Below, in pieces: positions 39,509 through 48,704 of a stretch of 64,000 bases of DNA (positions are counted from its first letter, which is position 1; every line of letters starts with the position of its first letter). Both the position numbers and the translations under genes were made by a program. The notes beneath the pieces were generated by a model. It was not told the DNA's origin, searched no databases, and was given only the letters and a program-made list of their open reading frames with translations. This DNA is from Armatimonadota bacterium (lineage in GTDB: Bacteria; Armatimonadota; UBA5829; DTLH01), in assembly GCA_039679675.1 (NCBI GenBank), contig JBDKUN010000042.1, positions 14,745 to 78,744 on the forward strand, in the 5' to 3' direction.

Positions 39509-40633
39509 GTGCTATCACAATTATTTGGAAAAGACACGATTGTAGGTATCGACATTGGGAACAGCCACATTAAAGCCATTGAGCTTGAACCCATCGGAAC
39601 AGGTTACCGGCTGGTAAATGCAGCGCTCCAAGTCACACCACTGGACTCATGCCGCGATGGAGTAATCACCAACACACTTGATGTTGCTCAATCCATAAAA
39701 GCGCTTCTCCGTTCGGCGAATATACGCAGTACAGGTGCGGTCGCGGCAATTACAGGTTCACAAGTTATTGTCCGGCAGGTACAGCTTCCTAAGATGAGCG
39801 AAGCTAACCTGCGTAAATCCATCAAATTCGAGGCAGCCAAATATGTCTCGGCATCGATGGATGACAGTATAGTCGAATTCGAGATACTCGGCGATGTGGA
39901 AGGGACCGACCAGATGAACGTCATGCTGGTCGCAGCACCTAAGGACCTCGTGGAAAGCCGCATAACTGTCCTCGAAGCAGCGGGACTCGAACCTGTCGCC
40001 ATCGATGTGGAAGCATTCGCAATCATCCGAGCCCTTGTTGAATCGGACACAAACAATGAGCTGGCGACAAAGACGGCCGCGCTCATAGATATGGGTGCAA
40101 GCCATACAGATGTAAACATCGTGTCTAGTGGCACATTTGCTTTGACCAGAAGCATCCCGATAGCAGGGGACAGCTTCACCAATGCAATTAAAACACTGAC
40201 CGGATTCTCTTATGATGACGCCGAACGGCTCAAATTCGAGATGGCTATGCAGGACTCGATCGACAAGCTATCGGCACAGGAAGTCGAAAGCAAATGCTGG
40301 CGGGTAGTCCAGCCGCTTTTGGATGAACTCCTGAGGGAGATCCGAAGGTCTATTCATTACTATCAATCCCAATTCCCTGAGGGAGCGGAACAGGCATCGG
40401 TTTCACAAATCGTGCTCACGGGCGGAACGGCAAGGATGCCCGGAATGGCTGCTTATGTATCATCGAAACTGAACATTCCGGTGGAAGTAAGCGATGCGTT
40501 CTCCAAGGCATCCATATCTCTTGGGCGCTTTCCTCAGGAATTTGTCGATGATTACGGTCCGGTGCTTGTCGTAGGCACGGGGCTGGCTCTTAAAGAGGAA
40601 ATGACGAGAGCAAAGCAGCGGATCGCTGCCTGA
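39509..40633 (+). CDS. pilM: Type IV pilus assembly protein PilM (copy 2)
   Basis: VGIDIG, IDMGASHT, EIRRSIHYY, LTGGTARM, GLAL. Confidence 0.93.
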   Translation: MLSQLFGKDTIVGIDIGNSHIKAIELEPIGTGYRLVNAALQVTPLDSCRDGVITNTLDVAQSIKALLRSANIRSTGAVAAITGSQVIVRQVQLPKMSEANLRKSIKFEAAKYVSASMDDSIVEFEILGDVEGTDQMNVMLVAAPKDLVESRITVLEAAGLEPVAIDVEAFAIIRALVESDTNNELATKTAALIDMGASHTDVNIVSSGTFALTRSIPIAGDSFTNAIKTLTGFSYDDAERLKFEMAMQDSIDKLSAQEVESKCWRVVQPLLDELLREIRRSIHYYQSQFPEGAEQASVSQIVLTGGTARMPGMAAYVSSKLNIPVEVSDAFSKASISLGRFPQEFVDDYGPVLVVGTGLALKEEMTRAKQRIAA

Positions 40634-40652
40634 GTGGAAAGGAGCTCAAGAC

Positions 40653-41246
40653 ATGCCCTCCATTAACATGATCGCACCCAGGCGAGCGGAGAAAAAACGT
40701 CTGGAATCAAACGTGAGAAAGCTGCTGCTGGTAATCGTTGTCGAGGCCGCAGTGGTAGTATCGATTTTCACACTCATGGCCACGAGAGTTATTGGAACCC
40801 AGTCCAGTATCACTAATCTGGACAGGCAGTTAACAAAGCTGCAGCCGACGGTGGACAAGATCGAAGGTTATGAAAAATCAACCAAAGAACTTGCTCCCAA
40901 GCTGGAAATTCTTAACCAGGCAAAGTCGGACACCCTGAGGTGGTGCCGCGTACTTAACGCCTTGAGCGTGAGTCTGCCGGACAAAACATGGTTGACAAGA
41001 ATATCGACAACAATCACGACTGACAATTCTGACATCACTATGAGCATAAACGGAGTTTCAGCGGATCAATCGCTCGTAGGACAAACGATGCTCAGGCTGC
41101 ATGATACCGTTGCTGATTTCAGCAGTGTCGATCTCCATTACACACAGCAAACACTGGTGGGGCCGACAAATGCAGTGGAATTCGAGATGGCTGCAGGCAT
41201 TAAGCTTCCCAAAAAGGCTGACAGTAAGGAGGCGGAAAAGAGTTGA
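40653..41246 (+). CDS. pilN: PilN domain protein (copy 2)
   Basis: INMIAP motif, TM, coiled coil, LP..WLT PilN domain. Confidence 0.85.
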   Translation: MPSINMIAPRRAEKKRLESNVRKLLLVIVVEAAVVVSIFTLMATRVIGTQSSITNLDRQLTKLQPTVDKIEGYEKSTKELAPKLEILNQAKSDTLRWCRVLNALSVSLPDKTWLTRISTTITTDNSDITMSINGVSADQSLVGQTMLRLHDTVADFSSVDLHYTQQTLVGPTNAVEFEMAAGIKLPKKADSKEAEKS

Positions 41247-41962
41247 AAACACCCACCCTCAAGCCGACCACAAAAACGCTCGTATTGTTATCGGTGATAG
41301 CAGGACTGCTGTTCGCATCGATAATCCTTGCTTATACGGTTGGTTCCAGCCGACTCGGGTCTGCCACAGCACAGCTTCAGAACAAACAAAAGCAGGTTGA
41401 TGACGGCACACGGGTAGCAAAACGCCTCGTAGAAGCACAGGAAGCGTATCTGAAAGCCCAGGGAGAGATTGGATTTCTTGAAACGTCCGTATCTAACTCT
41501 GCTTATATACCGACGCTTCTCGGACAATTGGAAGCACTCGGCAAATCGCATAATCTGAAGGTTGTCTCGGTGAGGCCCCAGCCTATTGCTGAACAAGCTC
41601 CTGCCAGACCACCAGCGGGTGACTCCGAAAACAAATCGGGTTCAGCGGCAGCGGCGACTAAAGAAAAACCTAAGCCTTACGACGAGATGAAAATCGATAT
41701 TCAACTGGAAGGCTCTTACTGGTGTATACACGACTTTATAGAGAGCCTTACCAAGTTCCCTAAAATCATAGCGGTCAATCAATTGCAAATGTCGCCAACG
41801 AAAGCAGCCGAACTGCGAAAATCACCTGAACTGCAGGCCAGTTTAGTAGTAACTGCATTTATATTTAAAGACAGCACCGGTAAGGAAACTGGAAAACCTG
41901 AGCCTACGCATCCGGCGACGAATAACGCGATGGCGATGGGGAGGTCGAAAAATGAAGGATAA
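41243..41962 (+). CDS. pilO: PilO protein (copy 2)
   Basis: IPTLL.QLE, IQLEGSY..IHDFIESLTKFPKII. Confidence 0.85.
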   Translation: MKTPTLKPTTKTLVLLSVIAGLLFASIILAYTVGSSRLGSATAQLQNKQKQVDDGTRVAKRLVEAQEAYLKAQGEIGFLETSVSNSAYIPTLLGQLEALGKSHNLKVVSVRPQPIAEQAPARPPAGDSENKSGSAAAATKEKPKPYDEMKIDIQLEGSYWCIHDFIESLTKFPKIIAVNQLQMSPTKAAELRKSPELQASLVVTAFIFKDSTGKETGKPEPTHPATNNAMAMGRSKNEG

Positions 41963-42596
41963 GCAGACCCCGCAGGTCATCGTCCTGGGTATTTTAGTAG
42001 TTATATGCGTGGCATTCGTTGTCGTAAAAGTGACCGGCGGAAAAGGACACTCCAAGCCCGCCCCGGCAGGAACGCAGACAGCGCAAAAAACCGCATCTAC
42101 GACCGGCAAAACAGATGATAACAGTGAAGAGGCTGCGCCGGCCATTCAGCTTGCATCTTTGCCATCTGCAGCAAGACGCGACCCATTCGCGCCTGCAATG
42201 GATACAGTTGTAAAAAATGTCCCGTATATACCGCCAACAAAACATCCGGTCAAAACGGCGCGGATAAATATTCATCCAGCTAATATTCCTGTTCTACCTA
42301 TGCCGGTATTACCGGTTGGAGCAGGCCCGAGGAACACTGCACAGGCAGTACCCGCCAGCAGCGTCGGAAATGGACCTGCCGTGGAAGAATTTCCTGCTTT
42401 TGTTCTTACTGGAGTAATTACAGGACGGACGAACGTGGCCATCATCCGCCTCGAAGATAGTAGATACATCGTCAAAGAGGGCCAACTGATCAATGGGAAG
42501 TATATGGTCGTTTCAGTGTCGCCGGATGGAGTCCGGCTGAATCATGGCGGCCGAAGTGTCTTCTTGAAACTAGGAGGAGAAGGGAATGCGAGTTAG
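41952..42596 (+). CDS. PilP-like protein (copy 2)
   Basis: TM, RRDPFAP, LTGVI...AII..YIVKEGQ beta domain. Confidence 0.7.
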   Translation: MKDKQTPQVIVLGILVVICVAFVVVKVTGGKGHSKPAPAGTQTAQKTASTTGKTDDNSEEAAPAIQLASLPSAARRDPFAPAMDTVVKNVPYIPPTKHPVKTARINIHPANIPVLPMPVLPVGAGPRNTAQAVPASSVGNGPAVEEFPAFVLTGVITGRTNVAIIRLEDSRYIVKEGQLINGKYMVVSVSPDGVRLNHGGRSVFLKLGGEGNAS

Positions 42597-44226
42597 ATTG
42601 AGCGGAAAGGTGTCCCTTGGACTGCTGTGGTGCGCACTCATTATCGCGGTTGCTGCACCCACAGCTGCTGCGGATGCGCTGACCGCATTACGGAGCGAGA
42701 ATGTCTGGATTCAGTCGGCCCCGATTCTGGCCGAACCACACTTAAATCAGATTGCTATGGCTCCCAGCAGCACCGAGGCAAAAGTAAAACCTCTGGAGCC
42801 CAGAAATATCAGTCTGGATTTCCATGCAGCCGATATTACGGACGTCCTCAAGGCACTTTCCGTGCAAAGTGGGACAAATATCGTTACCGGAACGGATGTC
42901 AAAGGACAGGTTACGGTAAGCCTGAACAAAGTATCGCTTCATGAAGCGCTTGATATGGTCACCAAGCTGTCAGGCTTCAGATACGCTGCTGTCGGAAGAG
43001 ATACTTACATCGTCGGATCGACTCCCGGAGTCTCCGGTGTGCTCGGAAGCGATGAGTCGGATACAACAACCGAAGCTGTTACTATAAACTATGCCAATCC
43101 TGATCAGATAGGACAGCTTCTTGCTGCCAACATGCCGAACCTTAAGTACGTGCCGACCGGCGCAAAGGCAGACCAGCCCGGACCCAAGGTAGTTATGCTT
43201 ACAGGGCCCAAGTCCGTCGTGGAATCCGCCAAAGCAATGATAGACCAGGTGGAGCTTTCACTCAGCCAGGAATCACAGAACAAGGTTGTCGAAGTATACA
43301 GGCTGAAATACGCGAATGCGAAGGATGTTACCGCAATGCTTTCGACCGTCCTCCCAAGGTTGGCCGTCAGTGTAGGCCCGGCTAATGGGTTCGACCAAAG
43401 GCCCCCGTCCGGTATAACATTCGTGGAGACAACCGGCGGCAAAGGCGGCAGTGATGATTCTCAAATCAAAGAAGAACCTATGACAATAGTACTCGCGGGC
43501 AACGCCGAAGACGTATACAAAGCAAAAGAACTGATAGGCAAGGTAGATGTGAAACCTCGCCAGGTGCTTATCGAAATCAAAGTTACCGATATTACAGTCA
43601 GCGCCGAAAAACGGCTTGGTATCACCTGGAGTTGGGACAGTATTTCATTCAGCGAAGGCACTGATACAGACGGTGGCGGAAACAACAAGTGGAACAGGAC
43701 TCCAATGAATGTTGAAGGCCAACTCAGCGCTATGCTTGAAGATGATAATGCAAATCTCCTGGCCAACCCGACCGTAGCCGCTATCGAAGGTAAACCTGCA
43801 GTTATCTTCATAGGCGATGAAGTCAAGTACATAATCAAAACAGAGCAGACTCTAACCGGCTCAGACATCACTACAGAGACAGCAAATGTCGGAGTTACAC
43901 TCAGAGTAATCGCCAGACCGGATGATGACGGTTATATCACAATGGCACTCCATCCTGAGGTAAGCACTATCACAGGCTGGCTGTCAGTCGGAACCGGTTC
44001 TGTACCACAAATATCCCGGCGTTACACCGATCATGTGATCAGAGTAAAAGACGGCGATACTATCGTTATAGGCGGACTTATCAAAGATAATGAACTCAAT
44101 AATCTCACAAAAGTCCCGCTGCTCGGCGACCTCCCGTTCTTCGGCAATCTGTTCAAACACAGAGAAAAGACCAAAGAGCATTCGGATATCGCAATATTCC
44201 TGAAAGCCACGTTACTTAGTGACTAA
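42586..44226 (+). CDS. pilQ: Secretin (PilQ/GspD family, copy 2)
   Basis: ISLDFHAADI N0, N-domains, QVLIEIKV, GDTIVIGGLI, VPLLGDLPFFGNLF. Confidence 0.9.
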   Translation: MRVRLSGKVSLGLLWCALIIAVAAPTAAADALTALRSENVWIQSAPILAEPHLNQIAMAPSSTEAKVKPLEPRNISLDFHAADITDVLKALSVQSGTNIVTGTDVKGQVTVSLNKVSLHEALDMVTKLSGFRYAAVGRDTYIVGSTPGVSGVLGSDESDTTTEAVTINYANPDQIGQLLAANMPNLKYVPTGAKADQPGPKVVMLTGPKSVVESAKAMIDQVELSLSQESQNKVVEVYRLKYANAKDVTAMLSTVLPRLAVSVGPANGFDQRPPSGITFVETTGGKGGSDDSQIKEEPMTIVLAGNAEDVYKAKELIGKVDVKPRQVLIEIKVTDITVSAEKRLGITWSWDSISFSEGTDTDGGGNNKWNRTPMNVEGQLSAMLEDDNANLLANPTVAAIEGKPAVIFIGDEVKYIIKTEQTLTGSDITTETANVGVTLRVIARPDDDGYITMALHPEVSTITGWLSVGTGSVPQISRRYTDHVIRVKDGDTIVIGGLIKDNELNNLTKVPLLGDLPFFGNLFKHREKTKEHSDIAIFLKATLLSD

Positions 44227-44243
44227 TAATCATAGATGACGAC

Positions 44244-44277
44244 AAGGATGGCTGGGCCATACGGCCCGGCCATCCTT
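44244..44277 (+). terminator. Strong hairpin after secretin 2
   Basis: AAGGATGGCTGGGCC-ATAC-GGCCCGGCCATCCTT; no U tract. Confidence 0.5.
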
Positions 44278-44320
44278 AAAAATGAGTAAAAATAGGCCGG
44301 TTAACTTCCAACTCTGGCCT

Positions 44321-44347
44321 GCAATCGAGAGCCATAATAGCCGATAA
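44321..44347 (+). promoter_or_regulatory. sigma28-type promoter of pilB-pilT-pilC-sigma operon
   Basis: GCAA-N15-GCCGATAA. Confidence 0.6.
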
Positions 44348-44493
44348 AATAGAAGGAGCACTGTTAAGGCGAACCACTTTGCAGAAAAGTTGAATACAGC
44401 GGCTCCGCTCCGCATACTTACGGAAAACGTGAGTAATGCTCAACAATAAAAATCAGAGAGTCCCGCAAATGGCACTCTCGCGGCAGGACCAGA

Positions 44494-46221
44494 ATGGCAA
44501 GACCACAAGCAATAGGTGATATCTGCGTTCGGCTCAAGCTGATCACACAAGACCAACTGGAGCAGGCGCTGGAAAAACAAGGGCAGCTCAAAACACAGGA
44601 ATCTCTGGGAGATGTTCTGGTGAACATGCATCTGATCGGTGAGAAAGACAGAGTAAGATGCCTGGGTGAACAGTGGGGAGTGCCGTTCGTTGACCTGTCA
44701 GAGAAGGAACCTGAACCTGAAGCGATCAAAATGGTATCCCAGGAAATCGCAAGGCGGCAGAAAGTAATTCCGATTGCGAGAAACAACGGCAAATTGACAC
44801 TTGCCATGAAAAACCCTCTGGATATCTTCGTAATCGATGAAATCCGGCTCACAACCGGAGTCGAAATCGAGCCGATGATCGCCGTTGAAGAAGATATTGT
44901 AGCCGCAATTAGCCGGTGTTATCGAAGTGAGGCATCAGTTAATGCTGTTGTAAGCGAGGTAATGCGGGACCTCGAAGGTGGAGAAATCGATTTCACCACC
45001 ACGGAAGACGTCAGGGAAGAAGACATTTCCATTGAGCAACTCAAAGAGCTGTCCGAGGAAGCGCCTGTTATAAAACTGGCTAATCTTATCATAAGCAGAG
45101 CGGTCGCAGACGGAGCAAGCGACATTCACATAGAACCGACCAGAGAAGCTGTAAGAGTCAGATTTCGGATCGACGGTATCCTGCATGAAGCCATGGCTGC
45201 ACCCAAGAAGGTTCAGGCATCTTTGACATCCAGATATAAGATCATGGCTGAGATGGACATCGCAGAAAAACGAGCTCCGCAGGACGGCAGGATCGGTGCA
45301 TTCATAGACGGAAGGCCATTCGATTTCCGTGTATCCACTCTGCCGTCCGTGCATGGCGAAAAAATCGTCATGAGGATCCTTGATAAGAGTTCTATTTCCG
45401 TCGGGTTAAACAAATTGGGACTCCTGCCCGAAACACTCGAGCGGTTCGAGTCACTTATAATGCGTACTTTTGGAATTATTCTCGTTACGGGACCGACTGG
45501 AAGTGGAAAATCGACGACGCTTTATTCTGTTCTCTCGAAACTGAATTCGGGAGAGAAAAATATCCTTACACTGGAAGACCCGGTAGAATACGAGCTTGCG
45601 GGGATAACGCAGACACAGATCAATGCCAGAGCTGGGCTGACATTTGCAGCAGGGCTCAGAACTATGCTCAGGCAGGACCCTAACATAGTGATGGTCGGAG
45701 AGATCAGAGACGGAGAAACAGCACAGATTGCATCGGAAGCCGCCCTTACGGGCCACCTGGTGCTCTCTACACTGCACACAAATGATGCCCCTGGAGCTGT
45801 GACGAGGCTTCTCGATATGGGGATCGAACCGTTCCTCATAGCATCCGGTGTTATCGGGATTATGGCGCAGAGACTTGTGCGGTGCATCTGCACCAAATGC
45901 AAGGAACAGTATAAGCCGCCTCTGGATGCGGTAAAGAGGCTCGGAATACCGCTTGATGGTGAAAAGCCCGTTACGTTTTATCGAGGCAGAGGCTGCGATC
46001 ACTGTAAAGGCACCGGCTATAAGGGCCGGATCGGCGTCTATGAGCTTATGATAATGAACGACAAGATTCGTGACCTTGTGCTTCAGAGAGCATCTACACA
46101 CCTGATCAAAGAAGCAGCTGTACAGATGGGCATGAAGACAATCAAGGAAGATGCCATGGAGAAAATACTCCTTGGGACAACTTCGCTTGAAGAATCTATG
46201 AGAGTAATTTATTCGGGTTAG
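44494..46221 (+). CDS. pilB: Type IV pilus extension ATPase PilB (MshEN-like N-terminus)
   Basis: ASDIHIEP, GPTGSGKSTT, EDPVE, RQDPNIVMVGEIRD, CxxC..CxxC zinc motif. Confidence 0.95.
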   Translation: MARPQAIGDICVRLKLITQDQLEQALEKQGQLKTQESLGDVLVNMHLIGEKDRVRCLGEQWGVPFVDLSEKEPEPEAIKMVSQEIARRQKVIPIARNNGKLTLAMKNPLDIFVIDEIRLTTGVEIEPMIAVEEDIVAAISRCYRSEASVNAVVSEVMRDLEGGEIDFTTTEDVREEDISIEQLKELSEEAPVIKLANLIISRAVADGASDIHIEPTREAVRVRFRIDGILHEAMAAPKKVQASLTSRYKIMAEMDIAEKRAPQDGRIGAFIDGRPFDFRVSTLPSVHGEKIVMRILDKSSISVGLNKLGLLPETLERFESLIMRTFGIILVTGPTGSGKSTTLYSVLSKLNSGEKNILTLEDPVEYELAGITQTQINARAGLTFAAGLRTMLRQDPNIVMVGEIRDGETAQIASEAALTGHLVLSTLHTNDAPGAVTRLLDMGIEPFLIASGVIGIMAQRLVRCICTKCKEQYKPPLDAVKRLGIPLDGEKPVTFYRGRGCDHCKGTGYKGRIGVYELMIMNDKIRDLVLQRASTHLIKEAAVQMGMKTIKEDAMEKILLGTTSLEESMRVIYSG

Positions 46222-46283
46222 ACGGCCTTCTTCTAAAACAAAGAAAACTTTTGCTATTCACCTATTAAAACTGGAGAATAAAC

Positions 46284-47411
46284 TTGAAAGACGAATATTC
46301 ATTGGATGAAATAAGCGATTTTGCTTATATGGAACAGGCACCGAGTGCTGAGAATGTGCATGTGGACGACCTGCTTCGGGAAGCTGTGGAAAGAGGTGCG
46401 TCGGACCTCCACCTTTCCGTAGGGCTGCCGCCTGTAGTCCGTGTAGACGGTAAACTGGTGCGGCTGGATTACAGCCCCCTCACACCTAATGAAATACAGC
46501 GTCTGGTTTACGATATTTTAAAAACGGACTATATCCAGTGGTTCGAAAAGACACATGAACTCGATTTCTCCTACAGTGTAAGAGACGTCGGCCGGTTCAG
46601 GGTCAACGTCTACAAGCAAAGAGGATCTGTGGGAGCGGCATTCCGGTCCATTCCCAACCAGATCCCGTCATTCGAGCAGCTAAGGCTCCCGAATGTGCTT
46701 CGAAACCTGTGCAGGAAGCACAGCGGGCTTATACTCGTTACCGGACCGACCGGAAGTGGAAAGTCCACAACCATTGCCTGTATGATCGATCTGATCAACT
46801 CGGAACAAGAGCTCCACATCATGACGATAGAGGACCCGATCGAGTATCTGCACAGGCATAAACGCGCGATGGTCAACCAGAGAGAGCTGAACGCCGATAC
46901 AGACTCGTTCGATAACGCGCTCCGCGCAGTCTTGAGAGAAGACCCGGACGTTATTCTGATCGGTGAGATGCGAGACCTGGAGACAATCTCGGCAGCTCTA
47001 ACACTAGCGGAAACGGGACACCTTGTCTTTGGAAGTCTGCACACAAGAAACGCACCACAGACTATCGACAGAGTCATAGACGTATTTCCGCCACATCAAC
47101 AGGACCAAATAAGAGTCCTGCTATCCAATACTATCGAAGGAATAGTAGCTCAACAGCTCATACCACGTCTAGGTGGAGGTAGAGTAGCCTCCATCGAAGT
47201 ACTTATCGCAACTTCCGCGATCAGGAATCTAATCCGGGAAGGGAAGACCTTCCAGATTCACTCCACAATCGAGACCGGCGCGCAATTCGGCATGCAATCT
47301 ATGGACAAAGTGCTGGCCGACCTTCACAGGAACGGCCAGATAAGCCTGCAGGATGCGATGGCACGGGCTATCGACCCGGAGAACTTCCAAAGGTTCCTTG
47401 ATGGAGGTTAG
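46284..47411 (+). CDS. pilT: Type IV pilus retraction ATPase PilT
   Basis: ASDLHL, GPTGSGKSTT, LREDPDVILIGEMRD, AIRNLIRE. Confidence 0.96.
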   Translation: MKDEYSLDEISDFAYMEQAPSAENVHVDDLLREAVERGASDLHLSVGLPPVVRVDGKLVRLDYSPLTPNEIQRLVYDILKTDYIQWFEKTHELDFSYSVRDVGRFRVNVYKQRGSVGAAFRSIPNQIPSFEQLRLPNVLRNLCRKHSGLILVTGPTGSGKSTTIACMIDLINSEQELHIMTIEDPIEYLHRHKRAMVNQRELNADTDSFDNALRAVLREDPDVILIGEMRDLETISAALTLAETGHLVFGSLHTRNAPQTIDRVIDVFPPHQQDQIRVLLSNTIEGIVAQQLIPRLGGGRVASIEVLIATSAIRNLIREGKTFQIHSTIETGAQFGMQSMDKVLADLHRNGQISLQDAMARAIDPENFQRFLDGG

Positions 47412-47414
47412 CTA

Positions 47415-48620
47415 ATGTCAACGTTCGCATATACCGCGATTGACGGAACCGGTAAAACGGTGCGCGGGAAGATTGATGCAGAGACCGAGCAGTCTGTGAC
47501 GAGCAAACTGCACGAGCAAAATCTGCACATCGTAAGCGTCATCAAACAGCGGGAAGGCAAAAAAATGCCGACCGTTGGAAGTAAAAAAGTCAAGCTGAAA
47601 TCGATGGTCGTTTTCAGCCGGCAGTTTGCTACTATGATCGACGCCGGAATTGCAGTCGTTCGCTGTCTGGACATCCTTGAAGGGCAGACAAAGGACGAAG
47701 CGTTAAAACCGGCAATCAGCCAGTGCAGGCGGGATGTAAAGGCAGGCCTTTCGCTTACCGACGCGTTCAGTAAACACCCTTACGCGTTCTCCCGACTCTA
47801 CATCAATATGGTAAGAGCGGCAGAGACCGGCGGAATCCTTGACCAGATCCTTGACAGGCTATCGACCTTCCTTGAAAAGGAAGATGAAGTCCGAGGCAAG
47901 ATCAAATCGGCAATGATCTATCCTGTCATGGTCCTTATATTTGCCGTATTGATGCTTGCAGCGCTATTTATGTTCGTGCTGCCTAAGTTCAAAGAGATAT
48001 TCATCAGCATGAACGTAAAAATGCCATTTGTCACACAGATGCTGTTCGACGGCAGCACATTTCTGCGGACTTACTGGTACGTGATCCTGATCCTGATTAT
48101 AGGAGGCTACATAGGCTATAAGAGCTACTCCAAGACGGAGCAGGGCAGGTTCCAGATAGACAAGCTGAAGCTGAAAATACCTGCCATCGGTGAATTGATT
48201 CAAAAAATGGCGATCTCCAGGTTCTCCCGGACATTCGCAACGCTCATAGCAAGCGGTGTCCCTATGATGAGATCACTGGAAATAGTAGGTGAGACTTCCG
48301 GCAATGTGGTAATTGCACAGGCAGTCGAAAATGCCCGAACCGCCATCAGAGAAGGCCAGAAGATCAGCACTCCGCTCGCGCAAAGCGGGCTGTTTCCGAA
48401 CATGGTCACGCATATGATCGACATCGGGGAAGAGACCGGAAGGCTCTCGGACATGCTTGTTAAAGTGTCTGATTTCTATGACCAGGAAGTAGAAGGCGCA
48501 GTAAAAGCGCTGACATCGCTTATCGAACCGTGTCTCATAGTATTTATGGGCGGAATCGTCGGCTTTATAGCCGTTTCGATAATGGCCCCGATATTCAAGC
48601 TGGTCAGTTCTATTGGATAA
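47415..48620 (+). CDS. pilC: Type IV pilus platform protein PilC (GspF family)
   Basis: FSRQFATMIDAG, AETGGIL, SAMIYP, GEETGRL, LIEP. Confidence 0.96.
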   Translation: MSTFAYTAIDGTGKTVRGKIDAETEQSVTSKLHEQNLHIVSVIKQREGKKMPTVGSKKVKLKSMVVFSRQFATMIDAGIAVVRCLDILEGQTKDEALKPAISQCRRDVKAGLSLTDAFSKHPYAFSRLYINMVRAAETGGILDQILDRLSTFLEKEDEVRGKIKSAMIYPVMVLIFAVLMLAALFMFVLPKFKEIFISMNVKMPFVTQMLFDGSTFLRTYWYVILILIIGGYIGYKSYSKTEQGRFQIDKLKLKIPAIGELIQKMAISRFSRTFATLIASGVPMMRSLEIVGETSGNVVIAQAVENARTAIREGQKISTPLAQSGLFPNMVTHMIDIGEETGRLSDMLVKVSDFYDQEVEGAVKALTSLIEPCLIVFMGGIVGFIAVSIMAPIFKLVSSIG

Positions 48621-48704
48621 TCCCAGCTTAAACCATTAAAATCAATCTAGGAGCAATATCGGTGCGCGGGGATCGCACCCCGCGCACTGATTATACTGGC
48701 AAAC

